Origin: Cirrosporium novae-zelandiae
Lineage: Eukaryota
Assembly: GCA_026023565.1 (NCBI GenBank)
Contig: JAPETS010000050.1
Coordinates: forward strand, 1-64,000
Length of the DNA stretch: 64,000 nucleotides
Direction: 5' to 3'
The position numbers were made by a program, and so were the translations under genes. The notes below the pieces were generated by a model that did no database searches, was not told the DNA's origin, and saw only the letters and a program-made list of their open reading frames with translations. Positions 49,219 to 63,030 of this stretch are shown piece after piece (the first letter of the stretch is position 1; each line of letters begins with the position of its first letter).

Positions 49219-52123
49219 ATGGTGAGAACTCGAGGCGCTCGACAATCTGCCGAGGACAGCGAGCTTGCAGCGCCGCCAGCTGCGCTCTCAGCTGTAGCTT
49301 CAGCTCAGTCAGGGAAGCCAGATGGTCAGTTACCTTAATCAGCTGTTCCTTTGCGACTGATTGCAATCGCATATCAACCACGAATTGAAACTCTTTGCAC
49401 TTCCTTGAGGGTCATTTACGACTAGCCCTTATTAAGAACGATAACTGACTGTGCGATTTATATACTTTAGTTCCTCCTCAACCCGAGCTGTCCGTTCCCG
49501 CAGATACAGACAATGATACGATCGGATCGCGCCTTCGCAAAAGACGCCGAACCGGGTCTTCGACCTCAGAGATCAACGCAAGTGGAAATAAAAGGCCAAA
49601 TTTATGTCATGCAAGTCCTGCTGAAGCAAAAAAGGCAGACAGTCCAGAGAGGAAACGAAAATTGGATAATCCCAAGGGCAATGGCGAACCGAGTGGGAGT
49701 AATGGAACTGTGAATGGGCATAGTAAAGCTTCACCGCAGCCAACTCCTCGGGCCCCCTTCCAACCCTCTGGACAACCTCAAATCGAGCAAATAATATCTC
49801 TGGATACCAATGTGGTCAACGATAACGCCATAGCCAACAGCGTTGAGACCCCACCGCTATCAAAACCAGATTACTCGGCCATTATCGCAGAAATTGTAGA
49901 GCATGGGGTAAATGTTGATAGACGCTATGCACAGGAGTACAAAGATGGAGATGAGGAGGCTGTGGATACAGATAGCTGGCAACCAGGGGATGCAAGCATA
50001 CATCTCAAAGTTCAAAGCCTGCCCATTCTCGATAATTTGGTAAGTTTAAAGAATATATTCTTTTGAGTTGCATTACTAGGACTAATCTGAAACTAAGTCC
50101 ACGCAAATTCTCAATACCTTAGCCAAATCGACCTATCAAGAGATCTGTGTTATTGTCACGCAGCCCGAATCAGGTCCTGGACAAGCATACGCGACTCTCA
50201 AGAGTCTTTTTGACCATACGAAGAAGGTCTACTCGATTCATGAGAACTTTCTCTCTGCTACCGAACTCCGTCTCACTGAGCAGAAACACATTGACATAAT
50301 TCGAAAGGCAAATCTTGCCACTTTCGTGTCAAGCGTTTTTGGTGGTCAAGATGTGGGGTTCTTCTATCTTGATGACCATTTTCTCGAAACATTTGTTCCA
50401 GATGGGTCACGTCTCTTAAAGTCACAGGGAGGCCTCTTTCTAGAGCTTAAAACACAAGCTTATATATCCGCGATGACAAATAAGGAAACTAATAGCAACC
50501 GTGAAGATCTACTGAATACGTTATTTCCAAAAGATATTGAAAGGCGTTTGCTAGAACGGCGTCCAGGTGCCAGGAGTCTGGCTCCAAGTGAGGCTGATTT
50601 TGTCAATCGTGTACGCTCTCGCCGAGAGCATCTTTTGTCAGAGCCAGACACAGACGAAGCTATCCAAAGGCTTTCAGAAAAATACATCTGGGAGGATTTT
50701 TTACGTGATCTCTGTCAATATGTTAGCAAGAACTTCGATTCTATTGGTGTGCAAGCTCATGTAAGTGATCTCTTTTTCATTTACTATTCTCGTGCTCATA
50801 GGTTCATAGGCTCGAAAGCCACTTAAAACTAGGCCATCGATATATTCGAGTAGTGAAGTTCGAAGCCAGATCCAAGAAGCTAAGCAGGATAGGCCAGAGA
50901 GGTCAGAGCAAAGTGTTAGCCCAGAAAAGCAGAATGGACAGATAGTCCAAGAAGATGAGCCAAAACAAGGTGTGCAAGAGGGACTATCGGTTCCGACTGG
51001 GGACCTTTCTCCTGGTCAGCCGAGTTTTGATATCAATATCGATGATATTGCTGAAAAAGCTGCCCGTGCTGCCGAAGTTGCATTACAGAAAATTCACGTG
51101 GCTCCGAATTCGCAACAGAACTATCAACAGCAACGAGATGCCCAGGCCTTCCAAACGATGAACACGTCTCCTACTCCCCAGCCACAGCAAAACACGCCCT
51201 ACGCCGACCCAAACGCAATTCCGTACCATACTCAATCTGCTCCGACACAGGTCTTGTACGAACGGGCTAGACAAGCTGCCACAGCCAAGTCATCACCGAC
51301 AAACCGTCGTGCCGGGGTGCCTAGTCAGCGTCGCCCATGGACAACTGAAGAAGAAAATGCTCTCATGGCAGGCCTTGACCGTGTGAAAGGGCCCCATTGG
51401 AGCCAGATCCTCGCCATGTTTGGGCCTGGCGGTACTATTAACGAATCCTTAAAGGATCGGAATCAAGTCCAATTAAAGGATAAAGCCAGAAACTTGAAAC
51501 TATTCTTTCTTAAAAGTGGAATCGAGGTTCCTTATTACCTTCAATTCGTGACCGGAGAGCTCAAGACACGTGCTCCAGCTCAAGCTGCAAAAAATGAAGC
51601 AAGAGAACGTGCGAAGGTACAGGGTTCTGAAGACAAGGCTCACATTGAGGGGATCATGGCTCTAGCAGGAAGCTCACAAGGGGGGAGCGAGACGAATGGC
51701 GACTCCACGATGTTCGTTAATCGTACCTCCCCGACTTATGCACAAAACGTCGCACAGTCTTTACAAGCTGCAACGGCAGCTGCTAATGCCGGTGCTGCAT
51801 TCTCTGGTCGTGCTACCGCCAATCTTCCTGCCGCTTATAACTACCCGGCATACACCGCAGCTCCCATGGGAAGTCCTTTCCAAAGCACAACATCAATGAC
51901 AGCTAATGGTTTGCCAAATACACCGACCCATTTCGGCTCTGGTGCTATGCCTTCCGAATCTCCTCATATGCCTCCATCCGCTCCAATGTCAGCCAGCGCA
52001 GCCGCTGTTGATTCGGCTGAACGTGAACTCTCGGCAGCACTCTCAGCAGCAACTGCAGCCGCGACTGCGTCTTCTCAAACAACAACACCTAAGATAGAGA
52101 CAGGCAATGGCCATTCATCGTAG
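49219..52123 (+). CDS. TBF1: Telobox/Myb telomere-repeat-binding factor Tbf1
   Basis: TRF-like region ([33 protein letters not shown]) and Myb telobox [43 protein letters not shown]; three introns. Confidence 0.92.
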
Positions 52124-55100
52124 ATATGGGGTCTGTTCATCAATACGTTAGCGACTTCAACTACCTCTATTAGTTGATTGACGATTGACGAGTTGAACCC
52201 AAAACCATACACTGCAAAATAGCTACATGTTAATTTTGTGAATCAAAGCAGTTTTTGGTTACGATCTCGATATTACTGTCGTCTGGCCTACACAAATGAC
52301 AGTTGAGATAAACACCAGTACTTTGTCTGCGTGTAAAAAATACTAACACCGTTCCTTTTTCTTAACACCGTTCCAACGAATATTTACGTAATTCGATCAT
52401 TATTTATGAACGAGCGAGGCGTCTGAAAGGCCTGGTGAGTGACGGCAGCATTACGGGTTTTCTCTTTCTTTTTCTGATAGGGGTTTGGCCAACAGCATAA
52501 ATCTCGGCTCTATCAGTCGGAGTCAGGGACGTATGGTGTTTTGGTGCATGGGTGTTTTCATGCGTGCGGGGCAATTAAATCACGGGGATATGTAAATGTA
52601 TTACATAGATACTACATCGCTCTCCTACTACGAGGAACGGGTGATGAGAACGTGGTATCGAAAAAGTTTATGTACGATACTCCATTCCAGAATTTAGGCG
52701 GCTGGCATCAAACCAAAGGATATAAAAAAAATATAGTCTTAAAAAAATCTTCTGGCCCATTTACTGTAACTAATCTAGGGAGTTCTCTGCTAAGAATAAA
52801 AAAAATTAATCGCAGACCTAGCTAATCTAATAGGCAGGCGTTCATCTATGCTAACAACCAAGGGAAGCCGCTAATAATTAGAAATATCACCTAGGTGAAA
52901 ACATCGAGCTAAGGATATATCAAATCCCTCGGAATCGCAAGAACAGTTGTACCACCATTATCGTACACAAGGCTAACCTCTCCCCCTTCCCTCTCTACTC
53001 CCTCTAGCGCCACGGAGTCTGTCTGCCTGTCTCCCCAACAGCACTATCATCAACCTAGATTATTAATATTTCCATGTCCCCTACGGCGGTTTTTCGCAGC
53101 TGGAGTGGTATCGAACGCGGGGGCGGGCACGCTTGGGGAATGGAATCGTAGAAGGGCTTTGCTTTGGGGATGAGGTTTTCCAGAGCTACTGGCGGTGCAG
53201 ATTCTGAAGAAGCTGCTGTCGGTGTATCTGGCGAGTGGTGCTCGAGATGCAGTATTAGGTGGATGACTTCTCTTCGGCTGCTGATTTTTTGGGGAGGGTG
53301 GTAGAATGCTGCGGAAGGTTTCGTTGTAGAGGGTTGGAATGTATTGGGGGTGGGGGTGCGGTGGAGAGTCTAGGTCGTTGGCGAGGCTGGTGACATGACC
53401 GTTTTTTGTGCAGGGGTTTTCTTCTACTTCTTCTTCTCTATTATTATTATGGGAGAGGAAAATGTATTGGGGGTGATGAGCTTAAATAAGGGAAGGGAGT
53501 GAGTTTGAGGTCCTATATAGTGGTGGTGACAACTAATTTCTGTTTGCTTTTGATATCGTCACCTGGAGAGGCCCTCGCTATGACTAGATAGACGGCTATG
53601 CAGCGGATTTCAAGCCCGGAGATACCGTGCTGGAGAGGCTATCAGGCAGAATAATAAAAACGTACACCTGCTAGGCGAGGGCCTCAGGCGGGTTGTATCA
53701 GTGATCAGGCTGCCAGTTTTGGGATATTAGAAGAAGCGTTAAAGGAGGGTTGAACGTTATCCCACAATGACCTCCATTCTTGGTTTACTCCCCCTCCAAC
53801 CCCTCCCTATCCGGGTGGTGGTTATCAACTTGAGCCCAACGTTGCACCAAAATGTATGTTTCCTGAGTGTATGCTTTCCACATCCTACTAGGTGTTTTTA
53901 TCCCAGCCATAATTGACCAAATTTCATGTACCGTCGAACCACACATGTACAAATGACCCGGCAATTTTTCACCGGCTATTACGCCTTCGGGCATTACGAA
54001 CACATGCAGTTTAACCCTAAATAGCGATCCCCATATATCTGGAAATAGAATAGCAATGGTGGTAACCCCTAATGAAAGACGGATATTCTCCCCACGATTG
54101 ATCATAACATATGCTTTTGGAACATGTAAACATATCGCTTCTCCTGCGATAGTAGGTCGAATGTGTCTCGGCTGATGAAGTTGCCATTTCCCCCACATAT
54201 GTGAATTTGAAGGTCGCTGGATATGCTAGGGATATGGTGTTCTAGGCGACCCAAAAAAATGGGTTTAACACGTTCTATGCAATTATAAATGGAAGTGTCA
54301 ATGAGCCTTCGTCTGCTCTTGACATGGTTATCTAGATATCCTGCAATAGAAATTAACGAGTGCTTGGCTTCCTTAAACACGAATATGGTAAACATTATGA
54401 ATAAGGAAAGGCTGCTCGCTCATTTTATTGGAAGACTTGTTGGCATATTGAATGTAGAGGTTAATTCGGGTGAGCACTTTCTTCCAATTTTCATCGTTTC
54501 AATCAACATCAATATTCATAAAAACCCAAAGCGATGCCACCATAAACTAAGTACAGACTATAGGTTTAAATGCGCCATGTTAGGGAACCTCCTGAGTAAG
54601 ATAAATGGAAAAAGGCACGGGAATCGAATAAAAGATTGAGATTGCATTGTAAACTGTTTTGATTTCTGGAATATTTCTGAAAAATGACCAATCTTATAAG
54701 CTATACAATTCTTAGTCATGGGTTTGACTATCAATAGTGATGAATATAAATTGAGTGTAGCTAACCTAATGAAGGTAAGAAGAGTATATCTATATCGAAG
54801 AGGGACGTTTGATGGTGCGCGTGTACTCGGCTAATTAGGCTAATTATAATTATTGCCGCGGGCGGGATATCTAACCCAATGCTGTTGTGCAGCGTCTGTG
54901 TGCCGGATCTCTGTCAAAGCGTTTGAAATATATTCTGGTTGATTTCAAAATAATAATAATTAATGGCTTTCACGCAAGAGAAATATCAAATAACTCTTTA
55001 AGGCCATATATGCCATATACCCTCCGATTTATAGAACAATTGCTTTGAATAGGGTGTTGCAACTACTTCTCTTAGCTCATTCGTCTGAACTGTCCTCCGA

Positions 55101-55187
55101 CTTATCAACCACCATCACCATCCATCACATCATTAATCCCCGCTTACTATTAGACTTGCCACACATCATCTACTTAGCCTTGTGAAA

Positions 55188-55963
55188 ATGTCGTCTGCCA
55201 GCATCAACCAACCACCTTTAGAGCCTCTTACCAACCAGAATTCCTCAGCCCCTTTGCAACAACAGTCAAATACTGAAACGGAACTTGAAGTCCCTCTTGA
55301 TACAGATATCGACATGTCCAATCCCAGTACCAACCAAAATATGAACCTTGATGGTGCCGGTGATGACCCTACACAGACGGAACCTCATCCGACTGCACCG
55401 AGCGATCCCCGCGTCCCCACCAAGAAGGATGCTAGCTTGCGGGAATTTCTAAGTAAAATGGACGATTATGCTCCTATAGTACGATCTAACCTTCTTGACG
55501 TTTGTGTAAAAGGATCTGTTGAGCTGACTACTATGCCTAGATTCCCGATGCCGTCACCACATACTACCTCACCCTCGGAGGCCTTCCCCCACCTCCGCAA
55601 ACCTCCCCACACCTCGCACGCCTCCTTGCGCTCGCAACTCAAAAGTTTATCGCAGATGTTGCTGCTGATGCTTATCAATACGCTCGAATCCGAGCGTCCA
55701 ACACCTCATCAGCAAATAATCCTCTCGGAGGTCTAGCGACAGCTGCAGGTGTCCCTGGCGGAGTTGGTGTGCCAAGTGGAGGCGGACAAACAGGAGGAAG
55801 TCAGGACAAAAAAGGAGCCGCTGCGCTTGGTATACAGAGAGCCGGATACGGCGGCGGAGGTCAAGGCGGTGGCCAGGGGAGGACTGTTCTGACGATGGAA
55901 GATTTGGGAATGGCGGTTGGAGAATATGGTGTGAATATTAAGAGAGGGGAATTCTATCGGTAA
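55188..55963 (+). CDS. TAF10: TFIID/SAGA subunit Taf10
   Basis: [60 protein letters not shown]; intron 55479-55540. Confidence 0.95.
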
Positions 55964-56485
55964 CATGCCATCAAGGACATGCATTAAGATACAAGTATTT
56001 CCTCCTGCTCCAGAGCGAGCCCACATATGGATGGATTGACAATTATTTCCGGAGTTTTAATGAGATACGGCGCAATGGGACCGACCCGACAGAGGTCATG
56101 GCATGGAAGACTGGTAGGATGAGGATGGATACCTAATCCCTAGGGATTTAACTTGCTTCCTAATGGGGAGAATATAGTATGTTCTTGTTGTACCATAGCA
56201 TATCAGGGAAATTGAATCCGAATCCATTTGGCCTGTATGTCCAGCGACTAAGGCGCAATGGGCCCATTATTTTGCTTCGTCACAGTAGTGAGTAGTCATA
56301 CAACATGCCTCTAGGACCTACCACTTCTGGCGTTTCTCTCTGCAAAGATATGGTATAACTCGATAATGCTCTCCACTTCTGTCCTAGAAACAAAACGCCC
56401 GCTTCATGCAAATATACATTCAACACCTCCCTCCATCCACCCAAACCAAACCAATTGCAGTACCCCCTCAACCCACCTCACTCAT

Positions 56486-57018
56486 CTACTTCTTACGGCC
56501 TCCCTTATAATGAAACATCTTCCTCGTCCTAAAGCCCCACCCAGGAAAAAAAAACAGCGTCAGCCCAAGTCCAATTCCACACCCACATCCACAACTTCCC
56601 CACCAAACAACCCAACCCGACCAAAAAGAATTAACTCTACTCACGGCGAAAACTCCCCCAGCTTCTTCCCAACCATCTCCTCTGTAACCGTAATTTCATG
56701 ATACACGATCCCATTATGGATTTGGAATCTGAGGCCGACGAAATTGGGGAGGATCGTGGCGCCCCGCGCCATTGTGCGGATTGGTGGCGGCTTTGTAAGG
56801 GAATTGGGGTTTTGGCGCACGATGGGGAGGGGGACGATGTTGGGGCCTGTGGATGGATTGGGGGTGGTTAGTATGGTAGTAGTGGAGGGACGTAGAAGAT
56901 AATAAGTAGTAAGTGAGGGTGAGTGGGTTAGTTTGGGAGATGATGTGGTTGTAGTTGGGATGAGATGAAGCGGACCTTTCCAGACGCTCCGCGCGAGGAG
57001 CGAGCGGGTGAGAAACAT
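56486..57018 (-). CDS. RSM19: Mitochondrial small-subunit ribosomal protein S19 (nuclear encoded)
   Basis: [24 protein letters not shown] and [16 protein letters not shown] motifs; intron 56847-56975 and a second intron before the last exon. Confidence 0.92.
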
Positions 57019-57716
57019 GGTGGGTGTGAGGAGAGGAGATGTACAGTATTTGGGGAATTTGATTGAAATTGAGGTTAAAGTTGAGCTCTCCGTCGTTCGT
57101 TGGCGCGGATAAAGATTTCCTTCCCCGGCTTCGAGCTTCCAAATATCCCGTCAGTGTATCGTAGGGCTGAAAGAACATGACTAAGCGGTATTTTTGACGA
57201 AGACGTCAGAGAAAATTTTGCAAAACTACGCTCAGAGAATCCTAAAAACCATAGTCATGACGGCTAAGAAGACCAGGTTTACTGCGCTCTACGTCTGCGA
57301 TTGGTTTATATCATCAACAGTATAGCGTTTCCCATTAGTGGAGTGGAGATGTGTCGTTCAATGGCAATATTTTACAGCCGAACATACTCATGATAAAAGA
57401 AGTAGCTTCCTGTACCATCACGCCCTGATTTCAAATCCCCTGAAATTTAGCATCCCTACCAGAACGCACAAGTAGTCTATCCTGCCAGTGCGTGCTAAAA
57501 TCAAACGCGCATGAGTCCAGTCATGTAAGAAATCATGCCGCCGGACTTCCCCCAAATAATGGGAAGCTAGCAAATTCATTTAGTAGTATACAAGAATATG
57601 TATTTGTGTCATCGTCCTCGGAAATTTTTAGGGCTATCCGTCCTTGGAAAGGGTATTAGTTCCTAATATGGATAGAACCAGATCCCTCTTTCATGGCAAA
57701 TATTGAGGCTTCCGGT

Positions 57717-58427
57717 TTATTCGATGCCAACACCGGGCATATCACCTGGGGCAAAACCGGCAGGACCGAATGGACCGCCGTTGGGCGGACCCCCGAAAGC
57801 CTGAACAGATAATGATGGATCCAGCGCAATCATCTGAGCAAGTACATCAAGGACTTCCTTAGGAACGGTCTTGTCCAGGATACCAATGATGTCTTGCGGT
57901 GCGGGGTACACTTTTAAGGCTCTGTAGAAAGAGAGGGCGGCATCGATAGGGTTGGATGCTGATATAACATTGATTAAGACCAATTAAATAGAATACATGG
58001 GTAGTGTTGGGATATAAGGGAGCATACTATCAGCGCACTGGGCTTCGCCCTTTGAAACCATTTCCATGAAATAAGCTTCTTTATCGGCGGTGTCTGTCGG
58101 GAAGCCCTCCTCCTTAGCATCTCTTACAACATCCTTTATATTTTGGATGAAGCTGGCATTCTGCGCTTCAGCTTCTTTTCGGGCCGCTTTGGCGTGTCGT
58201 TTTGATTCTCGTTGAAGGGCTTTTCGGAAGTTTGGATCGGTTCGCCTCTTGTGGTCAAAGTACACAGCGTATGCTGAAACGACTTGTTAGCATTAACTCT
58301 AAAGAGGAATTGGAAGGTATAAAAAGGGAAGATTAAGTATAGAGATGTTTGAATAATGTTGGTACGCACCTACTAAAGCTGTAACTGCCGTGCCAATAGA
58401 AACTGCAGCAACAGTTGAGGTCTTCAT
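57717..58427 (-). CDS. TOM20: Mitochondrial import receptor Tom20
   Basis: N-terminal TM anchor, [29 protein letters not shown] and [11 protein letters not shown] motifs; two introns. Confidence 0.95.
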
Positions 58428-58929
58428 CCTCTGGACTTCGACCTCGTTCAAAGAATAATGATTGGAATTGAATTAAATAAGAGTTCTAGGAAGCGTCGAG
58501 GAGGAGGGCGTCGAGGAAGGGGATCGAGGCAATCTTTTTTGAGTGGAAGAATGCAGGTTGAGAAATAAAATGGTCGAGATGAATGGATGTTTCCGACCAA
58601 TCGGGGAAGGCGTGTCCGTAAATACCCGCGCAAAAGATGAAAAAAGACCCAAGACCCAAGGCACAAGAGCACAAAGGTACAAAGGTACAAAGTCAAGTGC
58701 AAATATGAGCAAACAGAAAAGAGTAAACGAGCAAACCACGATAGGCGCAATATCCCAGGAAAGCCGAGGATGCTAGGCACAAACAATCTATCCTACTTGA
58801 ATATCATGCAACTATAATTATTACTTCCTCTTTCCATTTCCATCGTTGCTGCTGACAAGCTGGACGCCTGTCATCCTTTCCGGGATGCCTTACTTGCCTT
58901 ACTTCTGTAGAATAAATTTCTTAAATTAA

Positions 58930-58976
58930 TGACTCCTCCTCGTTTCCTTACTTAGTTGTGTCTATTCTTTGACTCA
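58930..58976. promoter_or_regulatory. Gcn4/CpcA-like elements TGACTC (58930) and TGACTCA (58970) upstream of ARO7
   Basis: Two consensus matches within 180 nt of the ATG of an amino-acid biosynthesis gene. Confidence 0.5.
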
Positions 58977-59105
58977 GCCATTCCTCAACTTAAAGGCCCT
59001 TTTAATCGATCAAGAATCCACTCGTGTTACTTTAATTTATTTTTGTATGGGCCTTCCCATTTACACGAGCGCATGAGGCAGCACTTATTCATTCCGCAGG
59101 CACAC

Positions 59106-60002
59106 ATGGACGCTGCAATTGATCTATCTGATGCTTCTAAGGCATTGGATCTAGAAAATATCAGATACCAGCTAATGTACTATCTTTTGACCTGGAATCC
59201 CCCAATAGCTAACGAGAGTATAGACGACTAGAAGATACTATCACCTTTCACATGATAGAACGAGTTCAGTTCCCTTTGAATTCTACCATCTATAAACCTG
59301 GCGGTGTCAAAATGCCTAACTCTGACCTGAGCTTGATGGATCATCTCCTTTGCGAGCTTGAACGAGTCTACTCACGAATGCGCCGATACGACTCTCCGGA
59401 CGAACACCCTTTTTTCCCAGAGGCGGTGGAAAACCCCATCCTAGCGCCATTAAAATATCCAGATATCCTGCATCCTAACGATGTGAACATCAACGCGAAA
59501 ATCAAAGAAAGTTATATAAATACGACTTTACCCCATGCATGCCGGGATTTTCATAAAGAAGACCGAGGAGAAACCAAGGAGAATTATGGTTCAGCAGCAG
59601 CAGCAGATGTTTTATGTCTTCAGGCTTTGTCCAGGAGGATTCACTTTGGGAAATTCGTCGCAGAATCAAAATTCCGAAATGATACCGAGCGATTCGTGAA
59701 GCTTATTCGCGCCGAAGATCGACAAGGCATCGATGACGCGATCACAGATGCAAAAGTTGAGAAGAAGGTTTTAAATAGGTTATGGACGAAGGCAAAGACA
59801 TATGGAAGCGACCCTAGCGTGCCGGACCAAGGAGGCCAGAAGATTAATGTGGATGCCGTTGTGGCCATGTATAAGGTTGGTAATGTTGTGTTTTCTTATT
59901 GGACAACCGCTGATGATTTCAAAGGGACTGGTAATTCCTCTGACCAAAGAGGTTGAAGTAGAATACCTCATGCAGCGATTGCGCGGCACTGAGTGGGAAT
60001 AG
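59106..60002 (+). CDS. ARO7: Chorismate mutase (AroQ, eukaryotic type)
   Basis: LDLENIRYQLI|RLEDTI, RRYDSPDEHPFF, LQALSRRIHFGKFVAESKF and VIPLTKEVEVEYL motifs; two introns. Confidence 0.96.
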
Positions 60003-60051
60003 ATTGGGTATGGATCTGGTTGTGGCAGGGTTCTACCGCATTGGCAAAAAG

Positions 60052-61031
60052 TCATGATTGAGCATTAACGAATTGTGATAGTGCTTTCGTCGCTTCTTCA
60101 AATTTAGCAGCATCGATTAGAATCATCTCGCCCTGAGGCTTGATACCCAATTCCTGGAAAGCTCTCTTAGAATCCGAGGCTCCATCAGCTTCTGAATGCG
60201 AATATTCATATGAACCATAACAAATCGAATGTTGCTCCAGAATCTCATCTTCTGGATGAAAATAAAACGTTTCGTTATTGCCAGGAGCCTTCTTCTTCTT
60301 TTTAGAAGGCCTGTTGTCTTCTTGGTCCAGCTTTGATTCCACTTCTAAATATATTTTTGAGAGAACCAAGTAATGTGTAAATTTGTATGGTTCCCCTTCC
60401 TCCAACGCCCAACCGATCTCTTCCTGTAACATTGTGTACATTGGAGGAACTACTTGCGCAGGGATATTTAAAAGTCTCTCCGTTAGTATCAAGCCGATCT
60501 GTGGAACTTCTCTGCTTGATAGGAGATCGAAAAGAGGGTCTAATTTCGTATTTTTACTGGCCTTCTTGTGGATATAAGCCAAAAGATCTTTGACCACTTC
60601 CTTATCCTGCAACAAGTGTAAGTACGTAAGTGTGAAATAAGCCACTCCTAAAGCTTTAGAACGTACTTTGTGTTCATGTAAATTCAATACCGTCAGAAAC
60701 GCATAAGGGTCTGTTTCATTTCCATCCACCTTCACAGTAGAGCCGAGTAACGGCTGAGACAATATAATATCGGCTAGAGCCGACAGATTGAATATTTGAG
60801 CATCCACATCAAGCAATTGGCGTAGCAAGGTTTTTAAGCCATGAAAATCCACCTTAGGTTGTGGATCAAACCATTCGAAATCAACATTGACCGTTTCCAT
60901 ATCCTTGAGGATATTAGTTCAGGGCGTCAAAACTACCGCAGATGAGGATGAAGGTGAAAACCTACACTAGAATCGGAGTCATCCATATTTGTGTCGCCAT
61001 TGTCATCCTTGCGGCTCTTTCGTTTTCCCAT
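60052..61031 (-). CDS. BCP1: Bcp1 (BCCIP) 60S export/Rpl23 chaperone
   Basis: VNVDFEWFDP..DFHGLKTLLRQL, LILTERLLNIP..PPMY and FHPEDE motifs; two introns. Confidence 0.93.
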
Positions 61032-61331
61032 GGTGGCTTGCTATCTTATCCAAACTGTGAATTGTTGGAAGAGGTAATAGTTGGGCTTGGTATGTAGTAT
61101 GGGCCGACCAAGGGCGCTTGAATAAAAATCTGGAGTGGGAATTGGAGGGCATTTTTTTTAAAGTTTGCGATAAGATAAGGTCCGTGGAGCCCCTCGGTGC
61201 AACTATCGATAACTTTTTCTCTCGCGACTTGAAATTCCCACTGGGCTTCCTACTTTGGTCATTCTTTGTGCCCACCTTTGCCTTACCTCTTCTCTGGTCT
61301 CGAGCAGATTCATTCAAAAATTAATATAGCC

Positions 61332-63030
61332 ATGGCAGCAAACGGTGATAACGGAGATGCTGTCAACATTCCCCATAAAACTTTTGATACTATACTGGTT
61401 CTTGATTTTGGGTGAGTAAAGATTGAAGAAAATCTCAGCCAAGATGTCTTACCCAATTGATTGACAATATGAAAGATCTCAGTATTCTCATTTGATTACT
61501 CGTCGCCTGCGCGAGCTCAATGTCTACTCTGAAATGCTACCGTGCACTCAGAAACTCAAGGATCTGTCATGGAAACCTAAAGGAGTCATACTCTCTGGAT
61601 CACCCTACTCTGTCTACGAAGAAGGCGCACCACACGTTGACCCCGCCGTTTTCGACTTAGGTGTCCCGATTCTAGGTATATGCTACGGCCTGCAAGAGAT
61701 CGCATGGCATTACGGCAAGGACGTTCTGGCCGGCGAAAGGAGGGAATATGGTCATGCCACTTTGCAAGTCGAAAGACACGAGGGCAAAGCTGTGCATGTT
61801 GATCAACTCTTCCAAGGTGTCGGCGACACTCTGACTGTTTGGATGTCCCATGGAGACAAGCTTGGAAAGTTGCCGAGCGACTTCCTGCCGATTGCAAAGA
61901 CCAGCAATGCTCCTTGGGCTGGTATTGCACATGAGTCGAAGCCCTACTATGGCATTCAATTTCACCCAGAGGTGACTCATACCCCTCAAGGGACTGAACT
62001 CCTGAAAAACTTTGCGATCACAATCTGCACTGCTCGCCAGAACTGGACGATGGAAGAATTCGTCTCCAAAGAAATTGCTCGCATCCGTACCATGGTAGGA
62101 GAAAAAGGCCAAGTCATCGGAGCCGTTAGTGGTGGTGTCGACTCTACCGTTGCTGCCAAGCTCATGAAAGAAGCTATTGGGGATCGTTTCCATGCCGTCC
62201 TAGTCGATAACGGCGTTCTCCGGCTAAACGAAGCCAAAACTGTCCATGAAACACTCACGAAGCACTTGGGCATCAAGCTCACCGTTGTCGACGCGAGCGA
62301 GCGTTTTCTCGGCCTCCTCAAAGGCGTCACAGATCCCGAACGCAAACGCAAGATTATCGGAAACACATTCATTGAGATCTTCCAGGACACAGCGAAATCA
62401 ATTGCTGCTGCTGCTGCCGGCTCACCCAGTGCAGGCGAGATTGAGTGGCTTCTTCAAGGCACACTATACCCCGACGTCATCGAGAGCATCTCTTTCAAAG
62501 GCCCCAGCGCAACCATCAAAACACACCACAACGTAGGCGGACTCCTCCCAGACATGCATCTCAAGCTCATCGAGCCACTGCGCGAGCTCTTCAAGGATGA
62601 AGTTCGCGCCTTGGGCGAGAATCTCGGCATTCCTGAAGACCTCGTATGGCGACATCCCTTCCCTGGACCTGGCATCGCCATTCGCTGTCTCGGTGAAGTA
62701 ACACGCGAAAAAGTAGAGGTGTCTCGCAAGGCCGACCATATTTTCATTTCCGAGATCAGGGAGGCAGGGCTTTATCGCAAGATTTCCCAAGCCTATGCGG
62801 CCGTGATGAGTGATCGGGCGGTGGGCGTCATGGGAGACAAGAGGGTTTATGGATACATTGTGGTGCTTAGGGCGGTAGTGACAACGGATTTTATGACCGC
62901 AGACTCGTTTGAATTCGAGGAGAGCTTCCTAAAAAGAGTGAAGAATAGGCTTACGAATGAAGTTGAGGGCGTAGCAAGGGTTTTCCATGATATCACTAGC
63001 AAGCCACCTGGAACAATTGAAATGGAGTAA
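61332..63030 (+). CDS. GUA1: GMP synthase (glutamine-hydrolysing)
   Basis: [48 protein letters not shown] and SKPPGTIE motifs; one intron. Confidence 0.98.

Noticed and set aside
54012..54020. TAACCCTAA, a 1.5-repeat telomerase-template-like 9-mer near TBF1
   Set aside because: No convincing downstream U-rich/A-rich pseudoknot is visible, and a 1.5-2 kb telomerase RNA would probably run into TAF10. A single 9-mer in 64 kb is compatible with chance or a Tbf1 site.
60607..60666. In-frame stop-free 60-nt intron in BCP1
   Set aside because: Canonical strong splice sites; a short 3n intron without stops is expected by chance.
61586..62790. Long antisense ORFs over GUA1 (and similar ones over aldA and MRE11)
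   Set aside because: Shadow frames produced by codon bias of the sense gene.
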